The translations under genes were made by a program, and so were the position numbers. DNA of 63,445 nt, counting the filler, from Octopus bimaculoides (lineage: Eukaryota): NCBI RefSeq assembly GCF_001194135.2. It is 7 parts of 7 records of this genome, joined end to end, with 100 filler letters (N's around TTAATTAATTAA, not from the genome) between each part and the next. Parts side by side here need not be neighbours in the genome. Positions count along the whole stretch, not along the records: positions 27,169 to 52,439 come from NC_068991.1; 6 more parts are not named here. One strand, 5' to 3'. Of the stretch, positions 39,603 through 52,416 are shown in pieces (within the stretch, counting starts at the first letter, position 1; each line of letters starts with the position of its first letter). The notes beneath the pieces are model-generated. The model did no database searches. It was given only the letters and a program-made list of their open reading frames with translations, and was not told the origin of the DNA.

Positions 39603-40879
39603 ATATACATATATATGTATCCACACACAAAATATAATTACACACACATGCATACCTCAATGAAAAGAATAAAAAAAGACTAACGAATTTAATAGAAAAA
39701 TAGACACAGGGACATATATACACACACTGAGACAAATGCACAAACATACACACACACGCACACACACACACACATATACATGCATACACACACATATATA
39801 AAAATATATTCATACACTAGTATATATATATATACGTACATGCATACACACATGTGCATGTAAATGTATATATATATATATATATATATNNNNNNNNNNN
39901 NNNNNNNNNNNNNNNNNNNNNNNNNNNNNNNNNNNNNNNNNNNNNNNNNNNNNNNNNNNNNNNNNNNNNNNNNNNNNNNNNNNNNNNNNNNNNNNNNNNN
40001 NNNNNNNNNNNNNNNNNNNNNNNNNNNNNNNNNNNNNNNNNNNNNNNNNNNNNNNNNNNNNNNNNNNNNNNNNNNNNNNNNNNNNNNNNNNNNNNNNNNN
40101 NNNNNNNNNNNNNNNNNNNNNNNNNNNNNNNNNNNNNNNNNNNNNNNNNNNNNNNNNNNNNNNNNNNNNNNNNNNNNNNNNNNNNNNNNNNNNNNNNNNN
40201 NNNNNNNNNNNNNNNNNNNNNNNNNNNNNNNNNNNNNNNNNNNNNNNNNNNNNNNNNNNNNNNNNNNNNNNNNNNNNNNNNNNNNNNNNNNNNNNNNNNN
40301 NNNNNNNNNNNNNNNNNNNNNNNNNNNNNNNNNNNNNNNNNNNNNNNNNNNNNNNNNNNNNNNNNNNNNNNNNNNNNNNNNNNNNNNNNNNNNNNNNNNN
40401 NNNNNNNNNNNNNNNNNNNNNNNNNNNNNNNNNNNNNNNNNNNNNNNNNNNNNNNNNNNNNNNNNNNNNNNNNNNNNNNNNNNNNNNNNNNNNNNNNNNN
40501 NNNNNNNNNNNNNTATAATATTCATGCTTATTTACACATAAAATTTTTATACGCATATATATTTAAACATATATTTATCTATTTTTAGATTTTTATATGT
40601 ATCGATATTTATATTCCGTATTTTTATTTTTATGTTTTAAACTTTTAAATTTATTATGCTACCATGTTTTGTTGGATATATATCTTTTGAAATACTAAAT
40701 ATTGATTTCCTAAATATATTATTGATGAATTAATAATATAAAATTACATATATACACATTTATTTGCTCAAGATAATTGAGCACTCAACATAAGTTCAAT
40801 TATATATTCTTTTAGAATATTTCTTTTAGAATATTACTTATATATATATATATATATGTATATAGGCAGTTATTTTGGG

Positions 40880-41180
40880 CAGGCTGCAAAATAAAAGTAT
40901 CCTGATATCTACTTGTCATTGTTGAGAGAATCAGTCTTCATAGTGTTTACATTGTTATTCTGGACCTTAGTACTATGTGGATAAGTTAGGGTTGGGTTGC
41001 TAATATTATAACTATTACTCAAATTATAAGTGAAGCTATTCACTTTTCTGTTGTTCATTATAATAATGAAATATGCCAAATTCAGAGTTGTTGAGTAGGA
41101 GAGCTTAACAGTGTTTCTGTTAAAAAGCTTATAGTACTTACTAGAAGGAAAGTGATTATCCAAAGCATGAAAGAATAGGG
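40880..41180 (-). mobile_element. Penelope-like retroelement fragment
   Basis: DNHFPSSKYYKLFNRNTVKLSYSTTLNL matches the PLE post-RT motif D.HFP...Y.K.FNRNTVK.SYS..PNL. Confidence 0.75.
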
Positions 41181-41604
41181 AGTAATTTCCAAGAATACAT
41201 GTAGCCCAAAAAGGTGAGGATTATACTACAGAATTTTTCACTTAAAGAATCTATTATACTGACTACCACTGCCTCTACTGTGGTGAGCCCTCTTCATTGT
41301 TTTTACCAAATATATCTAGGATTACACCTATGTGATGCATATTTTTTTTAAAGACAATAGAATATAATTTGAGGGAGGGAGGTTTGGCTGTTATTTCTAA
41401 CAGACTGAGTGCCTATGAAGAAGCTCCTCTACTGACTAGAAAACAAAATGTGGTTGTGTAGTATCAGGCATGACCATATCCAGTAGATTGTAAGATCAAA
41501 GGTGTTTAAGTTATGACCATCTTGTTAATGTTTGACATAATATATCTAGGGCTATTTCTAGCAGGTTTAATGACCTCATAGGGGCTTCCTCATTAGCTCA
41601 ACTA

Positions 41605-42180
41605 CTCTTTTACTTGTCTCAGTCTTTTGACTGTGGCCATGCTGGAACACCGCCTTTAGTCGAGCAAATCGACCCCAGGACTTATTCTTTGGAAGCCTAG
41701 TACTTATTCTATCGGTCTCTTTTGCCGAACCGCTAAGTTACGGGGACGTAAACACACCAGCATCGGTTGTCAAGCGATGTTGGGGGGACAAACACAGATA
41801 CACAAATACATACACACAAACATATATACATATATACGACAGGCTTCTTTCAGTTTCCGTCTACCAAATCCACTCACAAGGCTTTGGTCGGCCCAAGNNN
41901 NNNNNNNAACCGCTAAGTTACGGGGACGTAAACACACCAGCATCGGTTGTCAAGCGATGTTGGGGGGACAAACACAGATACACAAATACATACACACAAA
42001 CATATATACATATATACGACAGGCTTCTTTCAGTTTCCGTCTACCAAATCCACTCACAAGGCTTTGGTCGGCCCAAGGCTATAGTAGAAGACACTTGCCC
42101 AAGATGCCATGCAGTGGGACTGAACCCGGAACCATGTGGTTGGTAAGCAAGCTACTTACCACACAGCCACTCCTACGCCT
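41605..42180 (-). mobile_element. SINE family A copy (contains an assembly-duplicated 170 bp)
   Basis: Near-consensus. 41728-41897 is repeated identically at 41908-42077 across a 10-N gap. Confidence 0.85.
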
Positions 42181-43274
42181 AGCTGATTATAATTCATTAA
42201 TAACAACAAAAACAAATACAGCAATATGGTTATTGTTGAATTATTAACAATGAATGTGTGTGTGACTAATGGGCTGAGATGTAATTTAACCTCCACTCAC
42301 TCCCCCATCACCACACAACTGACTAATTATTTTTCTTAATTAATGGTTTCTTTGATTCATTAAAACTAGTACAATAGTTCTGATTGATTAGTTATGATTA
42401 TTATTAGGCAATCAGTTCCAATAAGTGTTCACACACAATATATGTGTGCATACTCACACACTCACACATCTATACACAACCACGCATATGTACATACATA
42501 CACACACACACATGCACACACACATACACGCACTGCACATGTACATCTGCACATATATACATACAAAAGAGACAATCATGCTTTTACATGCACACACACT
42601 CACTCACACACACACAAACACACACAGTCTCACACACAGACACACACTTATTAGTCCTTACAACCCATGCATATGCTTACAATACATAGACATGCACATA
42701 AGCACATATATATATGTATAGAAGAGATGATCACACATTTACATGCACACACTCACATACACACAGACTTCTCCATACTCACCCATGGATATGTACATGT
42801 ATATACTCACCCCAAAATATACATGTACATATGCAAATATATGCACACAAAAGAGATGATCACAAGATAGACTATGATATATTCACATTTATAAAAACAA
42901 CAAATATAATCACAATATACACACACAAACAGGACACAGTCATACATACATTCAGGACCGATTGGGAAAAGTAATGCTGCAGACTGTTTATCTGTCTAGA
43001 ACAAATATTGCGTTCATTCCTCATTTAAAATGACCAAGTGTGATTTGTGAGAGAAAGAGGTTTGGTTGCTATTTCTAACAAGTCAAGCAACCACATAGAG
43101 GACAAACATTTAGCCTTTGCTGTGTTTGCTTCTTTTTTTCATAACAATTAGACACACAAGCAACTCACTGCATTAAATACATAAGGGCAACGTACAAATA
43201 TAAGCATACATACATACATATACATACATACATATACATACATACATATACATACATACATATACATCCATACA

Positions 43275-43905
43275 TCCTCATCACCATCTGAGGACTGGCA
43301 AGCCAGGAGGCTGTACCAGGCTCCAATCTTATCTGGTAAGGTTTCTACAGCTGGATGCCCTTCTTAATGCCAACCACTCCGAGAGTGTAGTAGGTACTTT
43401 TTACGTGCCACCATCATGGGAGCCAGTCAGGCAACACTAGGAACGACCACGCATGAATGGTGCTTTTTATGTGCCACCAGCAAGGGACCAGTCAGGTGAC
43501 ACTAGTAATGACCATACACGAATGGTGCTTTCTATGTGCCACCAGCACTGGCATGGGTGCCAGTCAGGCGGTACTGGCATCGGCCACGACAATGACTTCA
43601 CTTGACTCAACAGGTCTTCGCAAGCACAGTTTATTGCCTAATGATTGAAGGGTACTCTTAAATGGGCCAGTTATGCAGCACTGGCTTAGGCCACAGTTAC
43701 TGTCTCACTTGGCTTGCCAGGTCTTCTCAAGCACAGCATATCTCCAAAAGCCTTGGTCATCGCCTCCGTGAGGCCCAACATTCAAAGTTCGTGCTTCACA
43801 TCATCATCTCAGGACTTCCTGGGTCTACCACTTCCACAGGTTCCCTCTGTTACTAGGGTGTGACACTTTTTCACACAGCTGTCCTCATCTATACGCAACA
43901 CATGA
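43275..43905 (-). mobile_element. RTE-clade LINE 3' end
   Basis: HVLRIDEDSCVKKCHTLVTEGTCGSGRPRK matches the RTE C-terminal GHV.R......K....V.G.R.RGRPRK. The 3' UTR carries an internal tandem repeat of about 60 bp. Confidence 0.8.
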
Positions 43906-43919
43906 CTATAATATATAGA

Positions 43920-44141
43920 CTCTTTTTACTCTTTTACTTGTTTCAGTTATTTGACTGTGGTCATGCTGGAGCACCGCCTTTAGTCAAGCAAATCAACCCC
44001 AGGACTTATTCTTTGTAAGCCTAGTACTTATTCTATCGGTCTCTTTTGCCGAACTGCTAAGTTACGGGGATCTAAACAAACCAGCATCGGTTGTCAAGTA
44101 ATGTTGGGGGGGACAAACACAGACACACAAACATATACACG

Positions 44142-44183
<42 letters not shown>

Positions 44184-44838
44184 GCCACTCCTACGCCACT
44201 CCTATATATATATATAAAACAAATAATAAATGAGTATATGCATATATACGTACAAGTATGTGAATACCTACATCTACCTGTATATATAGGTGCATATCTG
44301 GGTACAGGACGTTGCAAACAAAACGTAGACAAAAAAATAATAATAATCAGAGTACAGAAAACACACAGGCCACATAGAGAACATTTTCCTTCATCAGCTG
44401 CCACCATTCTATATACACATGGTCCGATCAATAAGTATCCAGACTGTTGCCATAGTAATGAAGCTAAACACACAGAGTGAAGCTGCTTGGTACAGATTGA
44501 CCTTGAACTTCTTTGTAAGCCTAGTACTTATTCTATTGGTCTCTTTTGCCAAACCGCTAAGTTACAGGGACATAAACGCACCAGCATTGGTTGTCAAGTG
44601 ATGTTGGAGAGACAAACACAGACACACAAACATATACACATACATACATATATATATATATATGTACATATATACAATGGGCTTCTTTCAGTTTCCGTCT
44701 ACCAAATCCACTCACAAGGCTTTGGTCGGCCTGAGGCTATAGTAGAAGACACTTGCCCAAGGTGCCACACAGTGGGACTGAACCTGGAACCATGTGGTTG
44801 GTAAGCAAGCTACTTACCACACAGCCACTCCTACGCCT
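43920..44838 (-). mobile_element. Two adjacent SINE family A copies (43920-44190 and 44507-44838)
   Basis: Consensus blocks. They are separated by a repeat also seen at positions 1-90. Confidence 0.8.
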
Positions 44839-45523
44839 ATATCATCATCATCCTCATCATCATCATCATCATCGTGATCGTTTAACATCCGCTTTCCANN
44901 NNNNNNNNNNNNNNNNNNNNNNNNNNNNNNNNNNNNNNNNNNNNNNNNNNNNNNNNNNNNNNNNNNNNNNNNNNNNNNNNNNNNNNNNNNNNNNNNNNNN
45001 NNNNNNNNNNNNNNNNNNNNNNNNNNNNNNNNNNNNNNNNNNNNNNNNNNNNNNNNNNNNNNNNNNNNNNNNNNNNNNNNNNNNNNNNNNNNNNNNNNNN
45101 NNNNNNNNNNNNNNNNNNNNNNNNNNNNNNNNNNNNNNNNNNNNNNNNNNNNNNNNNNNNNNNNNNNNNNNNNNNNNNNNNNNNNNNNNNNNNNNNNNNN
45201 NNNNNNNNNNNNNNNNNNNNNNNNNNNNNNNNNNNNNNNNNNNNNNNNNNNNNNNNNNNNNNNNNNNNNNNNNNNNNNNNNNNNNNNNNNNNNNNNCCGT
45301 TTAGAGAAAAATTTGTAGTTTAGAATCAGTAGTTCTTTGACTGCTATTTCTAAATTTTCAGTATGTTGGAGAAGCAACTCAATGCTAATCCCTGTATATT
45401 TATGATGATAAATGGTTTTACCGATAAAGGTTTTTTCATACTGAACTACTTGGCAAAATTGTTAATTATTAATTCTATTATTAATTGACGATTCCCTGCC
45501 CTTATTCTTGTATATATATATAT

Positions 45524-45594
<71 letters not shown>

Positions 45595-46550
45595 CACACA
45601 CAGACACACACACATACACATACAAGCACATATAGTATATATGTATATATACATCTACCAAATCTATCATCTATTTATAAAACATTAAATAAAGGACATG
45701 ACAATAAGAAGTTATGTCATGAACTTCATTAGCTTACAGCTGTTTCTGTGATAAAATACAATGCACTCATAGTTGAGTGCTTGTACATCACCCTCTAGCT
45801 TCAAAAGAGCTTCAAATACACACACACACACATACACACACACACATACACACACACATACACACACTGCATCTACCAAGTCCACTCATAAAACAAGTCT
45901 TTGATCAACCTTGGGCTATAGTAGAAGATATTTGCTGAAGGTGCTGTACAGCAAGACAGAACTCAAGATCACAGGATTAGGAAGTAATCGTCATAACCAC
46001 ACAGCCATGCCTGCATTCAAAATTCAATTTTTTGTTTAATATACATCCTGGAATAAGACACCTGATGGCAATTAGAAATCAAAATGATTGAGATGAGTTG
46101 TAGGCGTAAATATTTTAATAATTTTCTTCATCTAAGATAACATTAATTGTTTGAATAGTAACAGTTTATGCCTAGTTTCAGTTATATATAAACATAACAC
46201 TTCAATGAGAATATTAGATATCGTAGTCATTTAGACCTCTTTATAAAATTAGACAATATAATCATTATGTGGACTCATTAAGTTTCTGGTTGTCTGCATT
46301 CATCAGATAACCAGTGAGAATTGCATACATTAAGTACATTGTTATTATAATTCCCGTTTTTTCTCTATAATTGGATAATACCACAAATAATGACGCATAT
46401 TAACGTGTCACATAACCAAGAGCATCTATGTGTCATCTGAATGAATGAACTAATCAAAAAGCCCAGAATAATGAAAGAATGAAACAGCAGCTTCAGAATT
46501 GATAAGCTTTACTCTAAGTAATGGATTCCCCGTCTCCTAAATATATTTAA

Positions 46551-47387
46551 CCCTTTAGCATTTAAACTGGTTATATCCGGCCCAAATATTCTATGAGCTA
46601 TAGGTTCAAACTGACTGGATTTTAGTCTCTCACACCTACATACCAATCATTCTAAAAAGAAATGATCACATTTAAAAAGAAATGATCACATCTAAAAAGA
46701 AATGATCACATCTAAAAAGAAATGATCACATCTAAAAAGAAATGATCACATCTAAAAAGAAATGATCACATCTAAAAAGAAATGATCACATCTAAAAAGN
46801 NNNNNNNNNNNNNNNNNNNNNNNNNNNNNNNNNNNNNNNNNNNNNNNNNNNNNNNNNNNNNNNNNNNNNNNNNNNNNNNNNNNNNNNNNNNNNNNNNNNN
46901 NNNNNNNNNNNNNNNNNNNNNNNNNNNNNNNNNNNNNNNNNNNNNNNNNNNNNNNNNNNNNNNNNNNNNNNNNNNNNNNNNNNNNNNNNNNNNNNNNNNN
47001 NNNNNNNNNNNNNNNNNNNNNNNNNNNNNNNNNNNNNNNNNNNNNNNNNNNNNNNNNNNNNNNNNNNNNNNNNNNNNNNNNNNNNNNNNNNNNNNNNNNN
47101 NNNNNNNNNNNNNNNNNNNNNNNNNNNNNNNNNNNNNNNNCTAAAAAGAAATGATCACATCTAAAAAGAAATGATCACATCTAAAAAGAAATGATCACAT
47201 CTAAAAAGAAATGATCACATCTAAAAAGAAATGATCACATCTAAAAAGAAATGATCACATCAATCATTCTAAAAAGAAATGATCACATCATCAAAATCTC
47301 AAAGCAACATGTTAATGCATGATTAATTCAAAACAATGAGAATAGATAAGCATTACAGTTTGACAGATTAATCTGAATGCTATAGGG
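46551..47387. mobile_element. piggyBac-type MITE with TTAA target duplication and an internal minisatellite expansion
   Basis: Left end TTAA|CCCTTTAGCATTT and right end GAATGCTATAGGG|TTAA form inverted termini beginning CCCT, with TTAA on both sides. Confidence 0.75.
46650..47290. repeat. 20-bp minisatellite (CTAAAAAGAAATGATCACAT)n
   Basis: Near-perfect tandem units on both sides of the gap at 46800-47140. Confidence 0.95.
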
Positions 47388-47394
47388 TTAAACA

Positions 47395-47451
<57 letters not shown>

Positions 47452-47748
47452 ACACAAACAAACACACACCACACACACACACACCACACACACATATGAT
47501 GTGTGTATTTGTGTGTGTGCGTGTGTGTGTGTGTGTATGTGCATGTATGTATGAGAGGGTGATGAAAAGTTCCTGGCTTTGGGTAAAAGGAAGATCAGTT
47601 AATTATGACTTTATTCAACATATTGTATGACTGAATATAGATGCAAATATGCATACATGTATGTGTCTATGTACCTCTCTATCAATCTATCTATTTATAT
47701 CCCTGCCTGCCTTTCTATCTGTCTGACTGTCTGTCTATATTTTTGTAG

Positions 47749-47811
<63 letters not shown>

Positions 47812-47813
<2 letters not shown>

Positions 47814-47997
47814 AGGGGGTGCTGAAAAGTTTGGGCTTTGGGTAAAAGAAAATACAGGAGGATCAGTTAATTATGACTTTATTCAACATATTCCCCTCTC
47901 ACACATTTATTGCAGCAGTCCTTCAGTTTCTCTAAGCCCTGTAAAAGAACTCAGAAGGTTGGGCCTCCAGCCGGGTCTTTCACGATACCCTTAAAGC
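47812..47997 (-). mobile_element. Mariner terminal fragment (transposase C-terminus plus TIR), with a second TIR copy at about 47553-47622
   Basis: The minus strand reads ...LEAQPSEFF..GLEKLKD.CNKCV..GEYVE*. The terminus gggtgctgaaaagtt resembles a mariner TIR. Confidence 0.7.
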
Positions 47998-48469
47998 TAG
48001 GAGCTTTGCAGCACACCCTCATATGTAAATATATATATGTATATATACATATGTATGTGTGTGTGTGTGTATGTATATATATATATATGTGTGTGTGTGT
48101 CTGTTGTGTACGTCTATGAGTATGTGTACATGCACATGCATGTGTGTGTGGAGAGAGAAAGAGAGAGAGAGGGAGAGAGAGAGAGCTAAGTGATCTGTTA
48201 TAAGTAGGATAAAAAAATAAAGTACTCCATTCAGTAAGAGATAAATATCATTTAATACACACAGTATTTAAATACAAGCTACTATTAGTTTCATGTGGTG
48301 GAAACACAATAAATCAGCAGATTTATATATCATGCCTTGTGTTTGCAAGCAATTTTTTTTCATTGAAATTGATGATTGCTTCGATGCACAAGGCATGGTG
48401 TATGATGTTGCTGATTTATGTTTCTGCCACATGAAACTAATAGTAGGTTATATTTAAATAATGCAAATG

Positions 48470-49533
48470 TGTATTATGTCCTGTTAATTGTATTTGTGTA
48501 ACATTCTCCATTTTTTTCCATCCTTGTTTTCGTATGCATTCTCTGCTTTCTTCCAAGGAATCTAATGCTCTTAGCTTAGTTTTTCCTTGGGGCTGACCAG
48601 ATTGGAGCAATCTCGAGTATAACCAGCCAAAATTGCAAAGATAATCTGTAACTCGACTGAGGAAAGAAAACTCCGAATGACCCGTCCTTGTTTTCTTTGT
48701 ATCATCTATCTGGATGTTTTGCTGCCCCTTCTTTGTATCACCTAACTGTCTGGATATTTTGCGTTCTTGTCCCATTTTGTATTTTACATATATATAATGG
48801 TGTGCATACACTTTGGTCTCTTATATGTAAGTATATATTTATCTAAATTTTGTACGACTCTATTCTTTCTTTCTTTCTTTCTTTCAGCCCTTTCACGCTT
48901 TCTTTGTTCATTCCACTCTTCGTTCTTTCGTTCCCCCTCTCTTGCATTTCCTTGTCTTCTCTTCATGTTCACTTTCTCTCCTCTTTTCACTTCACTGTGT
49001 CCCTGTCATTTTTTCTCACCCCTCCTTAATTCTTTTGTCCCTCTGCCTCTCTCTCTTCTCTCCCCATGTGACCGGTGTTCGGCCAAGCCTGACCTTTCTT
49101 TCTTGGTTCAGCCACCGTCCATGCAACATTTATATTCCTCCCTATGCCTGTTAAATAAAGCCATTAGGCTTTATTTCCACACACACCAGCTTAATTTAAT
49201 TCATCCATGGTCGAAAGACACCTGTTGTTATGTTCTGTTATTTGTATTTGTGTAATATTCTCCGTTTTTTTCCATCCTTGTTTTCGCATACATTCACTGC
49301 TTTCTTCCAAGGAATCTAATGCTCTTAGCTTAGTTTTTCCTTGGGGCTGGCCAGATTGGAGCAATCTCAAGTATAACCAGCCGAAATTGCAAAGAAAATC
49401 TGGAACTTGACTGAGGAAAGAAAACTCCAAATGACCCGTCCTTGTTTTCTTTGTATCGTCTATCTGGATGTTTTGTTGCCCCTTTTTTGTATCACCTAAC
49501 TGTCTGGATGTCTTGCGTTCTTGTCCCATTTTG

Positions 49534-49545
<12 letters not shown>
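48470..49545 (-). repeat. Two diverged copies of a fragment of about 320 bp with an open reading frame (MGQERK...GWKK), probably TE-derived
   Basis: 48470-48790 and 49225-49545 are clearly homologous and each abuts a TA repeat. The family was not recognised. Confidence 0.75.
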
Positions 49546-49564
<19 letters not shown>

Positions 49565-50039
49565 AAGTACCAGGCATAAAAAAGAAAAAAAAACGGTGTT
49601 GATTTGTTCAATTAAATTTCTTCAAGGTGGTGCCACAGTGTGGCCACAGTTTGATGCCTGACGAAGATAAAAGACCCACTAAATCCCTTAGTAAAACTTT
49701 ACGCTAAGGGAAGTAACTCTTGTACTATGGCACTGAAACTTCTTAGAGTCGCTTTATTTGCTAGAAATAGCAACCCAAATGCTTTTAAATCAGATGTTCA
49801 AGAACCAAATGAAGAGCAGATTTCCAATCCCAGGATCATCCTGATTCCAAAAAAGTATAATATGTCTATGGTCGGAATATAAGCTAGGTTGATTACCACC
49901 TCACCGGGCAAGGAGACAGGCAGATGTTCACAAATGCAACGTCTTTCCCAGGTGAACAGTGTACACCCCAACATCAGCTACTAGTTAGTGACTTCAGTAT
50001 TAAATTCTCTTCCTCACATTTCTTCCTCATACATTATGA

Positions 50040-50790
50040 TTGTTTTCCAATCCCCTTTCTTGCCCTCACTGCTATACTTACTGTATTACTGCTCCCCACA
50101 CCCCCACCACCCACACCCACTCCCTATTTTTCTCACCAGGTTCTACGCTCATATTCTTGTTACTTGTAAGTACACCCTAGCACTACACCATCTCTCTCTC
50201 TCTCTCTTACACTTTTGCTGTTTCCCACTCTCTCCTTCTTTCCCTTTGATCACTCTCTCTCTCACTCACTGAGTAACCATGTACTTCCTCTATAGCAAGA
50301 CACCTATTTCTGCCTCTATTTCTCTGTTCCACTCTAACTTTTCATCATTTAATACTGGATCACTTCCTCTAATGCCCCCTCTGTTGTGGCAAGACACCTA
50401 CTTCTATCTCTCTGTCACTTTGTCACATTCTAACTTTCATCCTCTGACACAAATGCCCTGCTCTTTTCATAATTTCTTGTCTTGTGAGCGACTTGGTTAC
50501 CCTACCAGTGCTGGTGCCACATTAAAAGCATCCACTCCATACTGTAGTGTGGTCTGGAAGGGAATCCAACTGTAAAAAGCTTGCCAAAACCAACTTCGCC
50601 TGTGCTTGTGCCACGTAAAAAGCACTGAGTCCACTCTGTGGAGTGGTTGGTGTTAGAAAGGGCATTCCACTGTAAAATCCCTGCCAAAACAGATACAGAA
50701 GCCTTGGGTAGACTTCCTGCCTGGCTGGCTCCTGTCAACCGTCCGACCCATGCATGCAGGGAAGATGGATGTTAAACAATGATGATGATG
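50040..50790 (+). mobile_element. RTE-type 3' UTR/SINE-like repeat ending in (GAT)n
   Basis: Homologous to 37930-38545. Confidence 0.65.
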
Positions 50791-50839
50791 AAAAATATAT
50801 ATATATATATATATTCATATATTATATGGGTGTGTGTGT

Positions 50840-50878
<39 letters not shown>

Positions 50879-51134
50879 NNNNNNNNNNNNNNNNNNNNNN
50901 NNNNNNNNNNNNNNNNNNNNNNNNNNNNNNNNNNNNNNNNNNNNNNNNNNNNNNNNNNNNNNNNNNNNNNNNNNNNNNNNNNNNNNNNNNNNNNNNNNNN
51001 NNNNNNNNNNNNNNNNNNNNNNNNNNNNNNNNNNNNNNNNNNNNNNNNNNNNNNNNNNNNNNNNNNNNNNNNNNNNNNNNNNNNNNNNNNNNNNNNNNNN
51101 NNNNNNNNNNNNNNNNCATACACAAAGACACACA

Positions 51135-51168
<34 letters not shown>

Positions 51169-51668
51169 TATATGTGTGCATATACTGTGTTTCAAATTAT
51201 TACCAACATAACATTAGTTTAGTTTATTTAAAAACTACTTGTTGGAATTCAACAAAATTTCCACAGAGTGATTACAACAGTTATATGCAGGTGGTGTGCA
51301 AGAAACGTGAGATTTTGTGCAAGTGTAAACAAACCACAGCCATTTCCATAATTTCCACAAACTTTCATTGTTCTAAATAATTAACGAGTGGTCTGATAAT
51401 CATGTAATTATGGGTCGTAAATGTAACTTAACTGCTACAGGGAAATCTGTTATTACTTCTGGACTTGAAAAAAGTAAATCAATATTAGAAATGTCTAAAA
51501 TAATTGGAAGATAACACCAAACTATGAAAAAATTTGTTACAGCTCCTTGGAGGATACGTAACAGTGCTGACAAGGGTCACTCAAGGGTTGCTTCTCAATG
51601 TTCTCTGTTACAAATTAAGAGTGAAGCTGTAAAGACGCCAGGTCTTACAAGTGGAGAACTCCCTACCC

Positions 51669-51712
<44 letters not shown>

Positions 51713-51914
51713 GAATGTCTCCATTTTCAATCTTAACTTCTTTTCTTTCTCTTTCTGTCTCACATCTATCTTTTTTAGTTTTCTGTCCCTCACTCTTCTC
51801 TTCCTTCTCTCATTCCTACTTTGTCTCTCAGCCCCTATTATAACTTCACCAACACAACAAATTAATAACATCTATTTGTCTATCCTTTTTTTTTTTCTTT
51901 TGTTTCCATTCTAG

Positions 51915-52199
51915 CGTTTGTGGCCCATCATTGATGACAGTTTCCGACAAGTTCTGTGTGATGTGTACACAACAGAGGTGCGAGAGGCCTGGCAGACATT
52001 TATTGAGTTTATATTTGAGAGTATGAAAGAAGGAATCGATGCAATGTCACTGGCTCAAAGTCTATCCACAGAGTGCGAAATCAATATCATCAACAACCAA
52101 AGTAATGATAAACCAATTTTGAATCGTCTTGAAGAGAATTCTGATGCAGAATTAACAATATCTGATGAAAATGTTGACACTAAACTACTGAACAAATAA
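51915..52199 (+). CDS. Globin (neuroglobin-like), terminal coding exon: G7 to H helix plus acidic C-terminal extension
   Basis: Long pyrimidine tract and ttctAG ending at 51914, phase 0, matching the donor at 34312. RLWPIIDDSFRQVLCDVYTTEVREAWQTFIEFIFESMKEGI is gap-free collinear with the globin G-GH-H motif (FT.E...AW...Y..I...M..G). It is followed by about 50 extra residues and TAA at 52197-52199. Confidence 0.9.
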   Translation, partial: RLWPIIDDSFRQVLCDVYTTEVREAWQTFIEFIFESMKEGIDAMSLAQSLSTECEINIINNQSNDKPILNRLEENSDAELTISDENVDTKLLNK

Positions 52200-52241
52200 T
52201 GCTAAAGAAAGCACAAGTGATACATATAAATATGCATGAGT

Positions 52242-52306
<65 letters not shown>

Positions 52307-52374
52307 TGTATGTATGTATGTATGTATATGTATGTGTGTGTGTGTATATGTATGTATATATATATATATATATA

Positions 52375-52416
<42 letters not shown>

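Noticed and set aside
41728-42077. Perfect 170-bp tandem duplication (also 39 bp at 55357-55444)
   Set aside because: Identical copies flank a 10-N gap, typical of unmerged contig overlaps.
46650-47290. CRISPR-like array
   Set aside because: Units are head-to-tail with no unique spacers, and the context is eukaryotic.
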